A stretch of DNA of 64,000 nt from Phaeosaccion multiseriatum. Its lineage: Eukaryota > Protista > Ochrophyta, other classes. Positions 52,367-64,000 of the stretch are shown one piece after another. How positions within the stretch are numbered: the stretch's first letter is position 1; each line of letters starts with the position of its first letter. A model generated the notes under the pieces. It was not told where the DNA came from. It did no database searches and saw nothing but the letters and a program-made list of their open reading frames with translations. The position numbers and the translations under genes were made by a program. The stretch covers positions 124,001-188,000 of the forward strand of contig OZ218957.1 of the NCBI GenBank assembly GCA_965112735.1, written 5' to 3'.

Positions 52367-53305
52367 ATGACCCCTCAATTTGTCGCTTGCGAGAAGGCAT
52401 TGGCGCAGGCTCTGGTGCTCGACAGAGTCATGAACTGTATTGGCGAAGGTCATGACGCCTTCATAGCGACGGTGAGCAAGGAGTGGAAGGACCACTACAG
52501 ATGTGCACATCCCGCCATCAGGACATCTGAGCTGAGCGTGGTGGAGTCCGTGGAGCGTGTGCACTGGGCCAAGAGCGTCGGGTGTAATCTGAGTGCGGAG
52601 ACTTTCAGAACTGCTGCTAAGCATGGGGATGGCGAAGTGTGCAAGGCCCTTTACGAGCAGGACTGTCCCTGGAACGAGAGTGTGTGTTACGGAGCTGTTG
52701 AAAATGAACGGCATGGCCTGCGTATTCTCCAATGGCTGCGATCCGAACATCTCCCCGAGAAGGAGAGGTGTCCATGGCATGAAGACATTTGTGGATGGGC
52801 TGGCAGTCGGGGGAACCTCGAGATACTTAATTGGCTGCTCTCGGAGGAAGGAAATGCTCCATTTGGAAGCTACTGTTGGTACTGCGCATGTGATGGAGGG
52901 CTCATTCCCGTGGTGGAGTGCCTGCTCAAGCATCCTCGCACGAGAGCCTTGCTGGAAGAGAATAGAGACGACGAACGTTGGCGTAGTGGGGCTGCGGGGG
53001 CTGCGATGGAGGGACACCTCGGGGTGCTGCAGCTCCTCCACGCCAATGCTCACGACGTTTGCGACTGGGATGCGGTGGTCTGTAAGTATGCAGTCATGAG
53101 GGCCAAGAGTCTCGCAATGCTCAAGTGGCTCCGGTCAGAGGCTGTGCAGTGTGAGTGGGACGAATGGTCGTGCCCGCAGGTCATCAGGGACAATAGACTT
53201 CATGAAGACTTTTTCGGCGTCAGTTGGGATATTACTGAAGAGACCTTTGAGGAGATCAAGCAGTGGGTCCATGCCAATGGGCACCCTTGCAACTGCCAGG
53301 ACTGA
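52367..53305 (+). CDS. Intronless ankyrin-like repeat protein (CPW..../GHL.VLQ.L type) with an F-box-like N-terminus
   Basis: CPWNESVC, CPWHEDICGWAGSRGNLEILNWL, AAMEGHLGVLQLLH, DWDAVVC. Confidence 0.75.
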   Translation: MTPQFVACEKALAQALVLDRVMNCIGEGHDAFIATVSKEWKDHYRCAHPAIRTSELSVVESVERVHWAKSVGCNLSAETFRTAAKHGDGEVCKALYEQDCPWNESVCYGAVENERHGLRILQWLRSEHLPEKERCPWHEDICGWAGSRGNLEILNWLLSEEGNAPFGSYCWYCACDGGLIPVVECLLKHPRTRALLEENRDDERWRSGAAGAAMEGHLGVLQLLHANAHDVCDWDAVVCKYAVMRAKSLAMLKWLRSEAVQCEWDEWSCPQVIRDNRLHEDFFGVSWDITEETFEEIKQWVHANGHPCNCQD

Positions 53306-54120
53306 AGAGAGCTGTATTTGACACGGGGCCAGGTCAGACACTGAAGGTATTGGTAATTGATGACGCTTCACTCAACAGCTGGAAGGGCACACTTTCCGGC
53401 AGATATAGAGATAGGAGAGCTTGAAGCAGGCAAATCTTGGGGGAGAAGAGAAGGGGTTCGATGTAAGGCACGCAGAGCAGAGAGGTGAGGGGAAGCTTCA
53501 GGGAGGTCATTGTCGTGCTACGAGGGGGAATGAGCCCTTCAGGAAGGGCGGGGGCGAGAAGACTCGATGAAGACTCAGTCGATTCCATACGCCAGAATGG
53601 ACAGGAAGGTTTCCTTAGGGCAACGGAACTTACACTTTTTTTTATTTTGTATCGCAGGTGAAAGAAATGTTTGTGCAGATTACGCTCTCCACGAAAATCA
53701 AAGGACTTGACACATTGAGAAAGTCTGGCCGAGGTATGGTACGGTGCGAGTCAACTTCCCAGTCTTACTGCCGCCACGCCAAGGGGAGTCCTCAGCTTGA
53801 TGCTCTGCAGCGGAGAGGGGGACGCCGCTATTCCTCGTCCATCTTGAGTAAAACCTAGTCCTTCATCCTTAGCCTTTAGTCCTTAGTCCTTGGCACAACG
53901 CAGGGCATCTCACAACGAAGGCGCTTCAGCAGCCCGGGATCAAGCAACGACGGAGCAAGCAGAGCTTCTTTCCCACTCGCCTCCGGCGTCTGCTCCCCCT
54001 CCCCCTCCCCCGCCCTTCTCGGCTGCCCGCCATCTGCAAGCAGGGCAGGCCTGGCTAGGCACGCCCCCCCCCCACACACACTCGATCGATCTGTCCTCCG
54101 CGCCCGCGTGAGCAAAAAGT

Positions 54121-55254
54121 TCAGTCCTCGCAGTCGCAGGGGTGCCCGTTAGCGTGTACCCACCGCTTAATCTCCCCAAAGGTCTGCCCGCTGATGTCCC
54201 ACTTCCGGCCAAAATGTTCCTCATACACCTCTTTGTCCCTGAGGACCTGCGGGCATGACATTTCGTCCCACGCACACTGCACTTCCTCTGACCGGAGCCA
54301 CTGGAGCACCGCGAGGCTGTTGGCCCTCATGACTGCATTCCTACATACCCTCGCATCCCAATCGCAGAGGTGGCGGGCCTTGGCGTGGAGGAGCTGCAGC
54401 ACCCCGAGGTGTCCCTTCATTGCAGCGCATGCAGCCCCACTGCGCCATTCTCCGCCTAGGTTCTCGTCCAGCAAGGCTCTCGTGCCAGGTTCACTCAGCA
54501 GGTACACCACGACGGGTGCGTGCCCCCCCTGACAAGCGCTATTCCAACTGGAGCTGCTAAAGGGAGCATTCCCTTCCTCTGATAGCAGCCACTTCACCAT
54601 CTCCAGATTCCCTTCATATCCAGCAGCTCCACAAACATGTCCATTCATTGGACATCTCTCCTTCCCGGGCAGATGTTCGGATCGCAGCCATTGGAGAATA
54701 CTCAGGCCATATTGCTTGTTGAGTACTGTTGCACGGCACACCCATTCACGCCAGGGGCAGGCCTTGCCATGGAGGGCCTTACACACTTCGACATCTCCAT
54801 GCCTCGCAGCAGCGCCAAACACCTTCACAGTTAGCGCAAGACCCCGACTTGTCGCCCATCTCATGCTCTCCACAGAGCGGACCACAGACGACAAGTTCGT
54901 CTTCAAGGCTGGGTAGAAATGGCCATAGCGGGCCCTCCACTCCTTGCTCGTACCCGCCATAAAGAGGAAGTGCCCATCTCCAACGTACTCCATCACGACT
55001 TGTAGCAGCTCGAACTTCGCCAACACCTCGTGGCAAGCTTCGAATCTGTCCTCGTTCCCTCCTCGTTCAGACACTGCAGACCCCCCGTCCTCGCTGGCTT
55101 CGGTATCACCAGAGTTTGAGGGTGGCGCGTTCGTATCCTTATGCCCAGCACCAGCACCCTCCTCGCCCCCTGCTCCAGACTTGTATCGCTTCGTCATGCC
55201 CTGGTCTTCCCCCTTCACCTGTCCCCCCCCCTCATCCTCCGTAGCGTGCTGCAT
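54121..55254 (-). CDS. Intronless ankyrin-like repeat protein, inverted paralog of 52367-53305
   Basis: Collinear with the + copy (LQWLRSEHLP.KERCP, WLLSEEGNAPF, WVHANGHPC.C.D*); N-terminal LQVVMEYVGDGHFLFMAGTSKEWR. Confidence 0.8.
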   Translation of the reverse strand: MQHATEDEGGGQVKGEDQGMTKRYKSGAGGEEGAGAGHKDTNAPPSNSGDTEASEDGGSAVSERGGNEDRFEACHEVLAKFELLQVVMEYVGDGHFLFMAGTSKEWRARYGHFYPALKTNLSSVVRSVESMRWATSRGLALTVKVFGAAARHGDVEVCKALHGKACPWREWVCRATVLNKQYGLSILQWLRSEHLPGKERCPMNGHVCGAAGYEGNLEMVKWLLSEEGNAPFSSSSWNSACQGGHAPVVVYLLSEPGTRALLDENLGGEWRSGAACAAMKGHLGVLQLLHAKARHLCDWDARVCRNAVMRANSLAVLQWLRSEEVQCAWDEMSCPQVLRDKEVYEEHFGRKWDISGQTFGEIKRWVHANGHPCDCED

Positions 55255-55550
55255 GGCTTAGCTTAGGAGAATATGCCGCCCTCCTTTGGTTCATTTGGTA
55301 CTTGGTTGGGGGGTGAGAGTGAGACGTTACTTTTAGACAACCATGTTTTTGTACTCTGATGATCATCATGTTGATAAAGAAAGCATCAAGCACCACGCAG
55401 GAAGTTAAAGAAATCCGCCCTTCAAATCCTCTTCATTTCACATTTATTCAAATTAAAGTTAAGCCCTCAGTGACAGCCAAACGATTGTTAAACCCTCGGT
55501 GGCAGCCATGCGATTGATCGAGAGGCATGGGCAATTGTTGTGATGTTGCC

Positions 55551-57350
55551 ATGCACATACGCCGAGCAACGTTATGGGCTTGCTTAGCATCCTCAACGCT
55601 GGCAGCCCCTCCTCATGCGTTTGAGGGAGGCGAGCAGGAGGAGATTGTGCAGAGAAGGGTGGGGGGTTGGGAGGAAGCGAAGGAGCAGCAGTCCCAGCAC
55701 CGCACGCTAGAGGGTTTGGGGGGGAAATACGAGAAGCACCATCAGCAGCAGCCACCGCAGAGGGACGATGGAGCGAAGGCGAGGAGGGACTTGGTGGCTT
55801 CCCCTCCTGGTACTGGCGCCTTCAACGGGAGCGCTGTGCAGAGCTTCGACTCTCTGGTGGCGTGGACGGAGTGGAGCAGAGCCTCGGGCAAGCACTTGCC
55901 CCTGCCCATCGTGCGCCTGTCCAGGGACGCCATCCTCACCAGCGGCGCCCAAGAGGAGGTGGCCACTGTGCCTTTGTTCCTCGTGATTGGGGCGCAGAAG
56001 GGCGGCACCACGAACCTGAGGTATCATAGATGCTGCTAGACTTGAGTTTGCTTGGCTTGCGGTGAGCGAGGGCAGCCACCTGGCGCCTCCCCTTGCATAG
56101 CTCCCCACGGGTTGTTAATACTTTGAGCACTGCGATAAGAAGATTGCCACACGCCTCCTTCCACGGCCCCTCTTTTCGCTGTGTTGGTCCTCAACCCCCC
56201 GCCAGGAACAACTTACTGGGGCACCCGCAGCTCGAGGGTGCAAGAGAAGAGGTGGCCGCTTTGGTGAGCGGCCCAGCAGCGCTAGATTTCGAGTTCAGTA
56301 TAGGCGCTGCCACGTGGGTGCCTCGGCAGCAGCAGCAGCACCAGCGGTGGCTCCGGATGGCAGCAGAGGGCAGAGGGCTGGAGGAGGAGGATGAGGAGGA
56401 TGAGGAGGATGAGGCACACCACCGCCATCAGCCTTACCGTCTCACCTCACCTTCCGAACAGCCCGCAGAGGAGGACGTGTGGGGGGGGGGGAGGAGGAGT
56501 CTGCAGATCGCTGAGAAGCGATTCGAGGCCCCACCGGCACGAGCCGACCCTGGACCCGTGCTGAAGGAGCTCTCGCACTCCATGTTCAATCGGACGGTCT
56601 TTCCCTTCCCGAAGAGGCCCAAGACCCGCCTCAGCAAGGAGGAGGCCCTGAAGGTTCAGGAGTCCGTTACCAGGGGCGACAGCTTCCTCTTTGTGGCGTG
56701 CCCGAAGATGGCTTGGAGGCCGGCCACGCCATACACGGTCAAGTCACTCTTCCCCAACATCAAGATGGTCTTGGTGGTGCGCGATCCAGTGGAGCGCTAC
56801 TTTAGCGCTTTTCGCATGGCCGTTTGCAAGCTCAATTTCAAGTACATTGATAAGCGCTTCCACCGCCCAGGTGAGTCAAGTGCTTGGCATAGCATAGCTA
56901 CACGCATGATGGAATGTCACGACGGAGCGAGTAGGCAGGGAGGGAGCGAAAGAGGGACAGAGAGAGGGAGAGGGACATGCAGGGAGAGAGAGAGAGGGGG
57001 GGGGGGGGGGAGAGTGCGCGTGCGCGAGAGGCAGAGGGGAACAGCGAGAGACAGACAGAGATGGAGAGAGAGACAGAGCCAGGTGGACAGTGATGCAGCG
57101 CGTGCAGCAGCGGAGGCCCACCGCTCGCTCACTCCCAGGCAGAGGACAGCGGAGGAGAGAGATAGGCCCACGAGGCGAGAAGCGGCAGGCGCGGAGGGCG
57201 GGGGAGCGAGAGTGAGTGTGAGACCTACACGAGTTTGAGTTTGAGTTTGGCAATGTCCCCACCGCACCCCCCTCTCACGCCAGGCTTCTTTGTCTCTGCC
57301 CCTCGGCTTTTGTCCCCCCCCCCCTGCCTCTGTTCCCTGCCCACCCCACT

Positions 57351-57403
<53 letters not shown>

Positions 57404-57784
57404 TTGCTGCTGTTGCTGCTGCTGGTGGTGGTGGTGGTGTTGGTGGTCTCTCCCCTCGTCGCGTGCCTCGCTCGAGAAGGCAACGTGGGCGAGTACATTA
57501 GTAAGGCGCTGGACCAGTACCTCCCTTACCACCCCTCCTGCGTGGGACCGGTGAGGGAGGGAGGGAGGGAGGGAGTGCCATAGGGTGCAGTCGGTTGAGG
57601 CATATGATTGTGGGGGTGGGAGGGGGTTTGCTTGCTTACGTTTGCTTGGGCTTGGGCTGCTGTCGAGGCTTGGGCCTGTGCCTGACACACCGTTGGGGTC
57701 CGTTGACGGCGGTCAGTGTTGGGGTCGGCCCTTCTTTCCTTCCTTCCCTTCCCCTCTGCCCTTGGCGGGTCCTTGCCCGCGTCT

Positions 57785-57816
<32 letters not shown>

Positions 57817-58532
57817 GACGGTCATTCCCGAAACATTCCCGAGGCGGGGAGGGAGGAAGCCCCCCTTATGGAGGGAGAAGCGAGAAGCATTGCTGCAATA
57901 GTATCTGTCAACTGAGTCATTGCCCATTCCCTCCCTTGCTTTGCCTCCCTGTGACTGTCCATCCGTCTACACGGTGCGTGCGTGCGTGCGTGCGTGCGTG
58001 CGTGTGTGCGTGTGTGTGCGTGCGTGTGTGTTTGCGTGCGTGTGTGTGTGTGTGAGCACAGAGCGCCACGGCCAGCGACTTGAAGCGATGCTGGCGCAGA
58101 GCTGAGAAGTTCGATCCACTGACGAGAGGCCTCTACGCAGAGCAGCTCGAGCGCTACTTCTCGCTGTTCGAACCCAGCCAGGTGCTCGTTGTGGACTCGG
58201 ATCGGCTCTTTTCGCACTTCGAGCAGGAGCTAAGTGCCGTGGCCGCTTTCCTGGGCCTTGAGGAGTTCGACTTTCAATACGTGGAACAGAAGCACCAAGC
58301 AGGAGGCGACGGCAAGTCCTGCGAAAAGAGGCTGCGCGAAAGAGCGCGTGCCGTGGAGGAGATGACCTCTCACGACGCCCGATGTGCTCTGTGGGACTAC
58401 TACCGCCCGCACAACGAACGCTTCTTCGCGCTGCTGGGGGTGGACTTTGGCTGGAACGACACGCCCCCGCACGGAGAGGAGGAGGAGCAGGGGGAGGGAC
58501 CCAATTGGTGGGGTTGGAGCGATGTTGATTGA
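55551..58532 (+). CDS. Secretory-pathway PAPS sulfotransferase (heparan-sulfate 3-O/N-sulfotransferase-like); exons 55551-56020, 56206-56870, 57480-57550, 58062-58532 (alternative ATG at 55527)
   Basis: 5'-PSB FLVIGAQKGGTTNLR; 3'-PB KMVLVVRDPVERYFS; RGLYAEQLERYFSLF; DYYRPHNERFFALLG.DFGW; signal peptide. Confidence 0.85.
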
Positions 58533-58712
58533 GTGAGGGGGAGGGACCGCAGGTACGCGGGGACTCACACTTGTGCGTGTGTGGGTGCGTGGGTAGGTGT
58601 GTGTGTGTGTGTGGGTGCGTGGGTAGGTGTGTGTGTGTGTGGACAAGGCCCATACGGGGCTAGTAGTGAAAATGACCTCAAGAAGGGGGGGGGGTGAATA
58701 AAGTACATAATG

Positions 58713-58806
58713 TACTCGACCCCTGTATTGAGCTACAATGCAATGTATCGCCACGGGGCTGCACTTGTCGACCCCCTGACGCGCTATCGCCCACATTCTC
58801 GATAGC
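58713..58806. mobile_element. Partial copy related to the 35784-35903 element
   Basis: TACTCGACCCCTG plus TCGACCCCCTGACGCGCTATCGCCCACATTC, the reverse complement of ~35875-35903. Confidence 0.45.
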
Positions 58807-59076
58807 ACCCCCGCAAAGCCGGCTGAGCTGGCGACAGCAGATAGGACGCCCCGCAGGGGAAATGAGAGAATTGAAATTCAAAAATCGTAACGGAAAAATA
58901 CCCTCACGAACCAACCACGGCGAGTTGATTCTCGGCGCCTGATTCTCCCCTCAGAAAGAAAGAAGCTAAAGACGTGTGCTGCTTTGCCTTGCCTTCTGCC
59001 TCCCTTCTCCATCGCACATCATCACAAAGTCTCTATACACGGAGTGTCGAGCAATACTACTGGACTGTCTTGAAGG

Positions 59077-62000
59077 ATGGAGCGACGGCCCCACGTCGCC
59101 GCGCTGGGCGTGTGTGCCGCCTTTCTGCTGAGCGTATCGGCCCTTCCCGCTGCTGCTGCTGAGAGCAGAGGCTGGGTGGAGGACGAGAGCAGAGGTGTGA
59201 ACGAACCTGAGCTCGGAGCATGGCCTCCCGCCGCTGGAGGGGGCAGATCGCTGGTGAGTGACGTGCAAAGAGAAGACTTCAGCCATGCTCTGCGAAGAGG
59301 TGGGATGCTTGCTCGGAGCCTCAGGACTCGGCCCTCTCCCCCCCCCCCCGCTCTCTCTCTCTCTACCCCTCGTTTTCCTTCTCTCCCCCCCCCCCCTCTC
59401 TCTCTCTAACCCTCGTTCTCCTTCTCTCCATCTAGCGCTGCCTAACGCCCTCTCTTTCCCTCTCCTTTCCCTCTCTCCTTTACACTGTCTCCCAGTCGTT
59501 CTCGCTTCTTCTTTCATCATAGCCCGACTTTCTTCTGACCCCCCCTCCCTTGTATCAAACACCCAACCGCCTTCCCCTCCTCCCCCTCGAACCCTCTGCA
59601 GAAGCAGACGCCCATTCCTCCCAATATTCGTTACATGAGCAAGCAGTACAACAAGAAGCGCCCACTGGCTTCGAGCCGCCACCCGCGGCCCGTCTTAGAT
59701 GCAGCTGTGGCGTCAGCGAAGGCCAACGGCGCGAAGACGCAGAGGGACATAAATACGAACAAGTACAACAACAATAACAGAACCATGACGATCGATGGCG
59801 GTTCTCAGGACTCCGTGCGGGGGTTTGAGTCTCTGCAGGCCTGGGTAGAGCACACCAGGGCCTCTGGGCAGCACCTCCCCCTGCCCGTTGTCCGGCTCCA
59901 GCCCGAGGAGGTGCGTGAGGGGGGAGGAGGAGGGGGACATGAAGAGGAGAAGGGAGGAGGAGGAGGACGACGAGGGGAGAAGCTTGCTTCAGCTCTCGGT
60001 GTACTTTCAATCGCCAAGTCGGGAGTCAAACGTTGCTCCAGCACCGCCGTCTGCTCTCTCCTCCCCCTCATGTGGATGGAAGCTCATATACATGTATCTC
60101 GACCCGTCCTGTGCCTTCCACATGCCTCTACACACTGCCTCAGATGGGGCCGGCCAAGGAGCGTATCGCCACTGTTCCGCGGTTCCTCATGATCGGTGCA
60201 CAGAAGGGCGGCACCACCAACCTTAGGTAGGGCCGGCGGGATGGGGAGGGAGAAGATGTTTCAGTTTCAGCTCCAATCCCAGACCAAAGTTCTCCCCCCC
60301 GTGCTGAGAGAGAGGGACACCTTTCCCTTGTGAGGAGAGGCCCAGACCCCTCCACTCCCATCCGCTCTCTGATCTCTGATCTCACAAGTCAACGAAGCCT
60401 CTGTCCATTCCGGCTCTCCCGCGATTCGCCTCCCAGCCTTTGCCTGACGACGCACCTCCCTACCTCACTCACTCACTCACTCACTCACTCACTCACTCAC
60501 TCACTCCCTCCCTCCCTCCCTCCCTCCTACTGATCTACGCCACAGATACAACCTACTGCAGCACCCTCAGCTTGATGGAGCTATCAACGAAGTCCGGACA
60601 CTTGTGCTGAACAGTGCCGAGCTGCAACGGTCAGAGCGAGCTATCAGGCCCCCGCTGGAGGGGAAGGAGGGAGGGGAGGATGACAGTGAATGGAGACACG
60701 CACAGAAGGAGCTGCAGCAGCGGCTCTCGCACGAGTTATTCGAGAAGACGTACACTCCCTACCTTGGCACTCCATCCACCTACCTCAGCCCTACCGAGGC
60801 GAAGCGGAGAGAGGCCTCCGTTTTCAAAGGGGAGACCTTTCTGTTCGCGTCCTCCCCCGAGATGGTGTGGAAATCGCAGGTGCCGTATCTCATCAAAGAC
60901 ATGATGCCCAACATTAAGATGCTCTTTGTGGTGAGGGACCCCGTGGAGCGCTACTTCAGCTCCCATCGCATGCATATCTGCAGGGGTGGCCAGAAGCACA
61001 TTGAGAGGGCATACCACAAGGCTGGTGAGTGCGTGGAGAGAGTGGGTGTAGGTGGGTGAGGGGAGGGAGAGGAGTGAGTGAATGAGGGAGAGGAAAGGAG
61101 AGGAGTGAGTAAATGATGGAGAGGGAGGAAGGGGGTGATAAAGGACGTGTTTATGAGTGGGTGTTGGTGGGTGAGTGTATTATAGAGCGAACTTGCTCGG
61201 TAGGTACATAGGTTGTGAAGAACTATCAAATGACTACTCCTGGCGCAATAGGATGCACCATGGTACTCGATGTGGAGTAAAGGACTAGCAAGTGCTATGG
61301 GCAGTGCCATGCACATGGGAAGGGTGAGGGGTGGGCGAGTGAGTGGGTGCATGCGTGCGTGCGTTCGTGCGTTTGAAGTAAGATAGTCAGTACTGAGTGT
61401 CAGGACGGCTTGTTGCCGTAAGAAGCCGGACTGAGAAGGCCAAGAAGAGCTTTAGGTGGGACTATAGGGCCAATATTGATGCTTCCTTGCTTTTCTTCCT
61501 TCCTTTCTTCCTTCTTTCTTTCCTTCCTTCCTTCTTTCTTTCCTTCCTCCCTTCCTTACTTGCTTCCCTCCTTCTTTCCTTCCTCCCTCCCTTTCTTCCT
61601 TCCTCCGTCCCTCCCTTCCTTCCCTCCCTCCTTACTCACCTAGTTACTTAATTCCTCCCTCCCTCCCTCCCTCCCTTCCTTCCTTCCTTCCTTCCTTCCT
61701 TCCTCCAGGCGAGCATGACGTGTACCTGTCCACAGTATCGACGGAGTACGAGCCCTACCAAGAAAAGTGCAAGGGACAAGTAAGTCACTACTGACCTTGG
61801 ACCCTGACCGTGACCCTGACCCTGACCCTGACCCTGACCATTCCCCTGACCCTGACCCTGACTCTGACCCTGCCCCTACCCCTTCTCCACTCCGTTGCCC
61901 TTTACCCGACTCAGAACGCGACTGCGGCGGACTTGGGTGCCTGCTGGAAGGCTGCCCAGCAATTCAGTCCCGTCACAAGGGGCATATACGCGGAGCAGCT

Positions 62001-62334
62001 CGAGCGCTACTACAGCATCTTTGACCGCAGCCAGATCCTCGTCGTCAACTCGGACCGACTCTTTACGCACTTTCTTGAGGAGCTCGACATTGTCGTCGAC
62101 TTTCTGGGGCTGCAACCGTTCGACTTCTCCTACGTCAGTAAGAAAGAGCCGGGTGGGGGGGACGGCAAGAGGTGCGAGCAGATACTGCACCGCCAGAGCG
62201 ATTATGTGGACGCCATGTCGACTCGGAGTACCAAGGAGGCCCTGAGGGAGTTTTACAGACCGCACAACGAGCGCTTCTTTGCACTCACAGGGGTGGACTA
62301 CGGCTGGAACGACTCTCCGGCCGAGGAAAGGTAG
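59077..62334 (+). CDS. Second HS3ST-like sulfotransferase, tandem paralog; exons ~59077-59253, 59600-59910, 60144-60226, 60546-61024, 61709-61779, 61915-62334
   Basis: Signal peptide MERRPHVAALGVCAAFLLSVSA; FLMIGAQKGGTTNLR; KMLFVVRDPVERYFS; RGIYAEQLERYY; FYRPHNERFFALTGVDYGW. Confidence 0.85.
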
Positions 62335-62994
62335 AGGACTACGGGCATGGAGCGAAGTGAGCAGAGGAGAAGGAGGAGGGGATGATCGAGGATAGACGAT
62401 GGAAGATCGGTGCACAAACAAGCTGACAAGCAGACAGGCAGGCAGGTAGGCAGGGAGGCAGATGCTGGTGGGGTTGAACCTCCCCGGGGCACACTCTGAG
62501 TCTTCTTCCGACTCGGAGACCCGATGCACGGGAGTTGTGCAATGCGGTCACTTTTGATTGTAAATAAAATGGGGGCGGTGCGAAAGGCTTTTTTTTTCCC
62601 TTGACGTGCCATCTATGGTTATGCGAAGGCTTTTTTTGTTCGCATGTGTGTATTACTTCACACCCCTTCCTTCCGCTACAGTGATTGATGCACCGGTGAA
62701 TAGCTATATACCCACCCACCCTTCCATTTAGTCGTACACCCAACTTGCCTACTAATCGAATCAACCCTTCCCTCTTTGGGTTGATTCCGATAATTCAATA
62801 AACAAAGAAGGCATGGACAGTATTAAAATAAATACCCCTCCCTTCTTTGGAAAGAAGAATCGAATGAGGAGTGGCAGAGCCAGCACTGCCCTTATCGCAC
62901 CTCACTACCTTTGATTGAGCCCAAGTTGTAGCACATTCCTTCAACGATACAACAACAGTCTATATAGAGAGTAATGCCATCCCCCCTACCCTCC

Positions 62995-64000
62995 TCAATC
63001 CACGAACAGGCCTTCCGAGAGCATGTCCTTCGCCTTCTTCGGTAGCATTCCCTTCGCCCAATCGAGTGGAGAGTCTGAGAGGATGCTCTTGCTGCTGCTG
63101 CGGCTGCTGCTGATGCTAGCGCGCGGGGGGGTGGGAGGGGCTGGGCAGAGGTGGCACTTGTGCCCTGCCTGTATCCAGTCCTCCAGGCGGGCAGAGGCCT
63201 CCCACTGACTGGCCAGGCGAGTCTCTCCGTCAGGAGGGTTCTGGGCCTGGGTGGGTGGAGGCGTATGGGGAGAGAATTCAGAGGAGAAAGGGGAGGGAAG
63301 ATTTGAGCTAACATTTCATGGGATCTGGGATCCGCTTTTTTCTGCAGTAGGGAGAAGAGACTACACATACACACGTCGCTGCCTGCAGACGCAACACGTG
63401 ACGAAACGTTATGTACGCCCACCCACCCAGCCAGCATGTCATCACCTCAAGCAAGAAACTAATTGAAACTCAAACCCACCCAACCAAACCTACCCACCTG
63501 TACATAGACCGGGCAGGACCACTTGTCCATGGGGCACTTGATCTGTGACGAGCGAAGGACCTCAAAGCATCTTCGGTGCCCTCCTGCCACGGCAGCCGCG
63601 CAACACTGAGCGTCGAACACACAGCGCTCAGAGGCGTGGCGTCGCAACCAGTAGATGACAGTGTGCTGGCCTGTGTCGGTGGGGGGAGGGGGGGAGGGGT
63701 GAGACGGGGTGAGACGGGGCTTGACTGACGCGGGGGGCGTGGAGAGAGAGAAAGAGAGGAGAAAGGAGAGAGATGCAAGAGACAAGAGAGGGAGGAGGAG
63801 GAGAGAGAGATGGGGCACTATTGCTCCACCTCCCAGCCGCAGCGGCCCGCCAACCCCCCGGACCAATCCCCTCCTCTTCCCTTCCTTAACTCACCGCTCC
63901 CCGCCGCGCTCTTGACGGCCCCTCTCCAGAGATCGTCGGGCACAGATCCATGCCCGCAGAGCCACTCCAGCACATCGAAATGGCCCCTCTCGCAGGCACA
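62995..64000 (-). CDS. 3' part of a third, intron-containing ankyrin-like gene; exons (>64000)-63895, 63670-63498, 63246-62995
   Basis: CACERGHFDVLEWL...AAGS|GQHTVIYWLR...CVFDAQCCAAAVAGGH...KCPMDKWSCP|...EDWIQAGHKCHLC; frame-consistent GT-AG introns. Confidence 0.75.

Overview
This is GC-rich, intron-rich eukaryotic DNA full of microsatellites. A stramenopile alga is plausible but inferred only from gene content. I assembled the spliced gene models by hand from GT-AG sites. In order: the 3' end of an unknown gene; LYRM2 (-); shugoshin (+); a 10-exon class IV PLP aminotransferase (DAAT/ADC-lyase-like, -) with an unexpected C-terminal tail anchor; a long multi-cNMP-binding-domain gene (+); a tandem segmental duplication carrying two giant cell-surface protein genes; CCDC43 (-); a COG2509/PDE327-like FAD oxidoreductase (+); two intronless, inverted ankyrin-like genes; two tandem HS3ST-like sulfotransferases; and the 3' end of a third, intron-containing ankyrin-like gene (-). 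The most striking system is the receptor pair (22378-35109 and 36887-45095). Each has a signal peptide, one-domain-per-exon phase-0 cassettes, a Pro/Thr mucin stalk and a ~9-TM FLC/Pkd2(TRP)-like membrane domain. The cassettes are six knottin-like modules with a long hypervariable, often Tyr-rich loop, and three copies of an unrecognised 8-Cys domain. They differ in number and order between the paralogs, while the membrane part is nearly identical. This looks like an exon-shuffled, diversified recognition-receptor family. A dispersed 21-bp CAGCAGTTGGTGATACAGCAG micro-repeat also occurs in unrelated coding exons (QQLVIQQ) and in introns on both strands.
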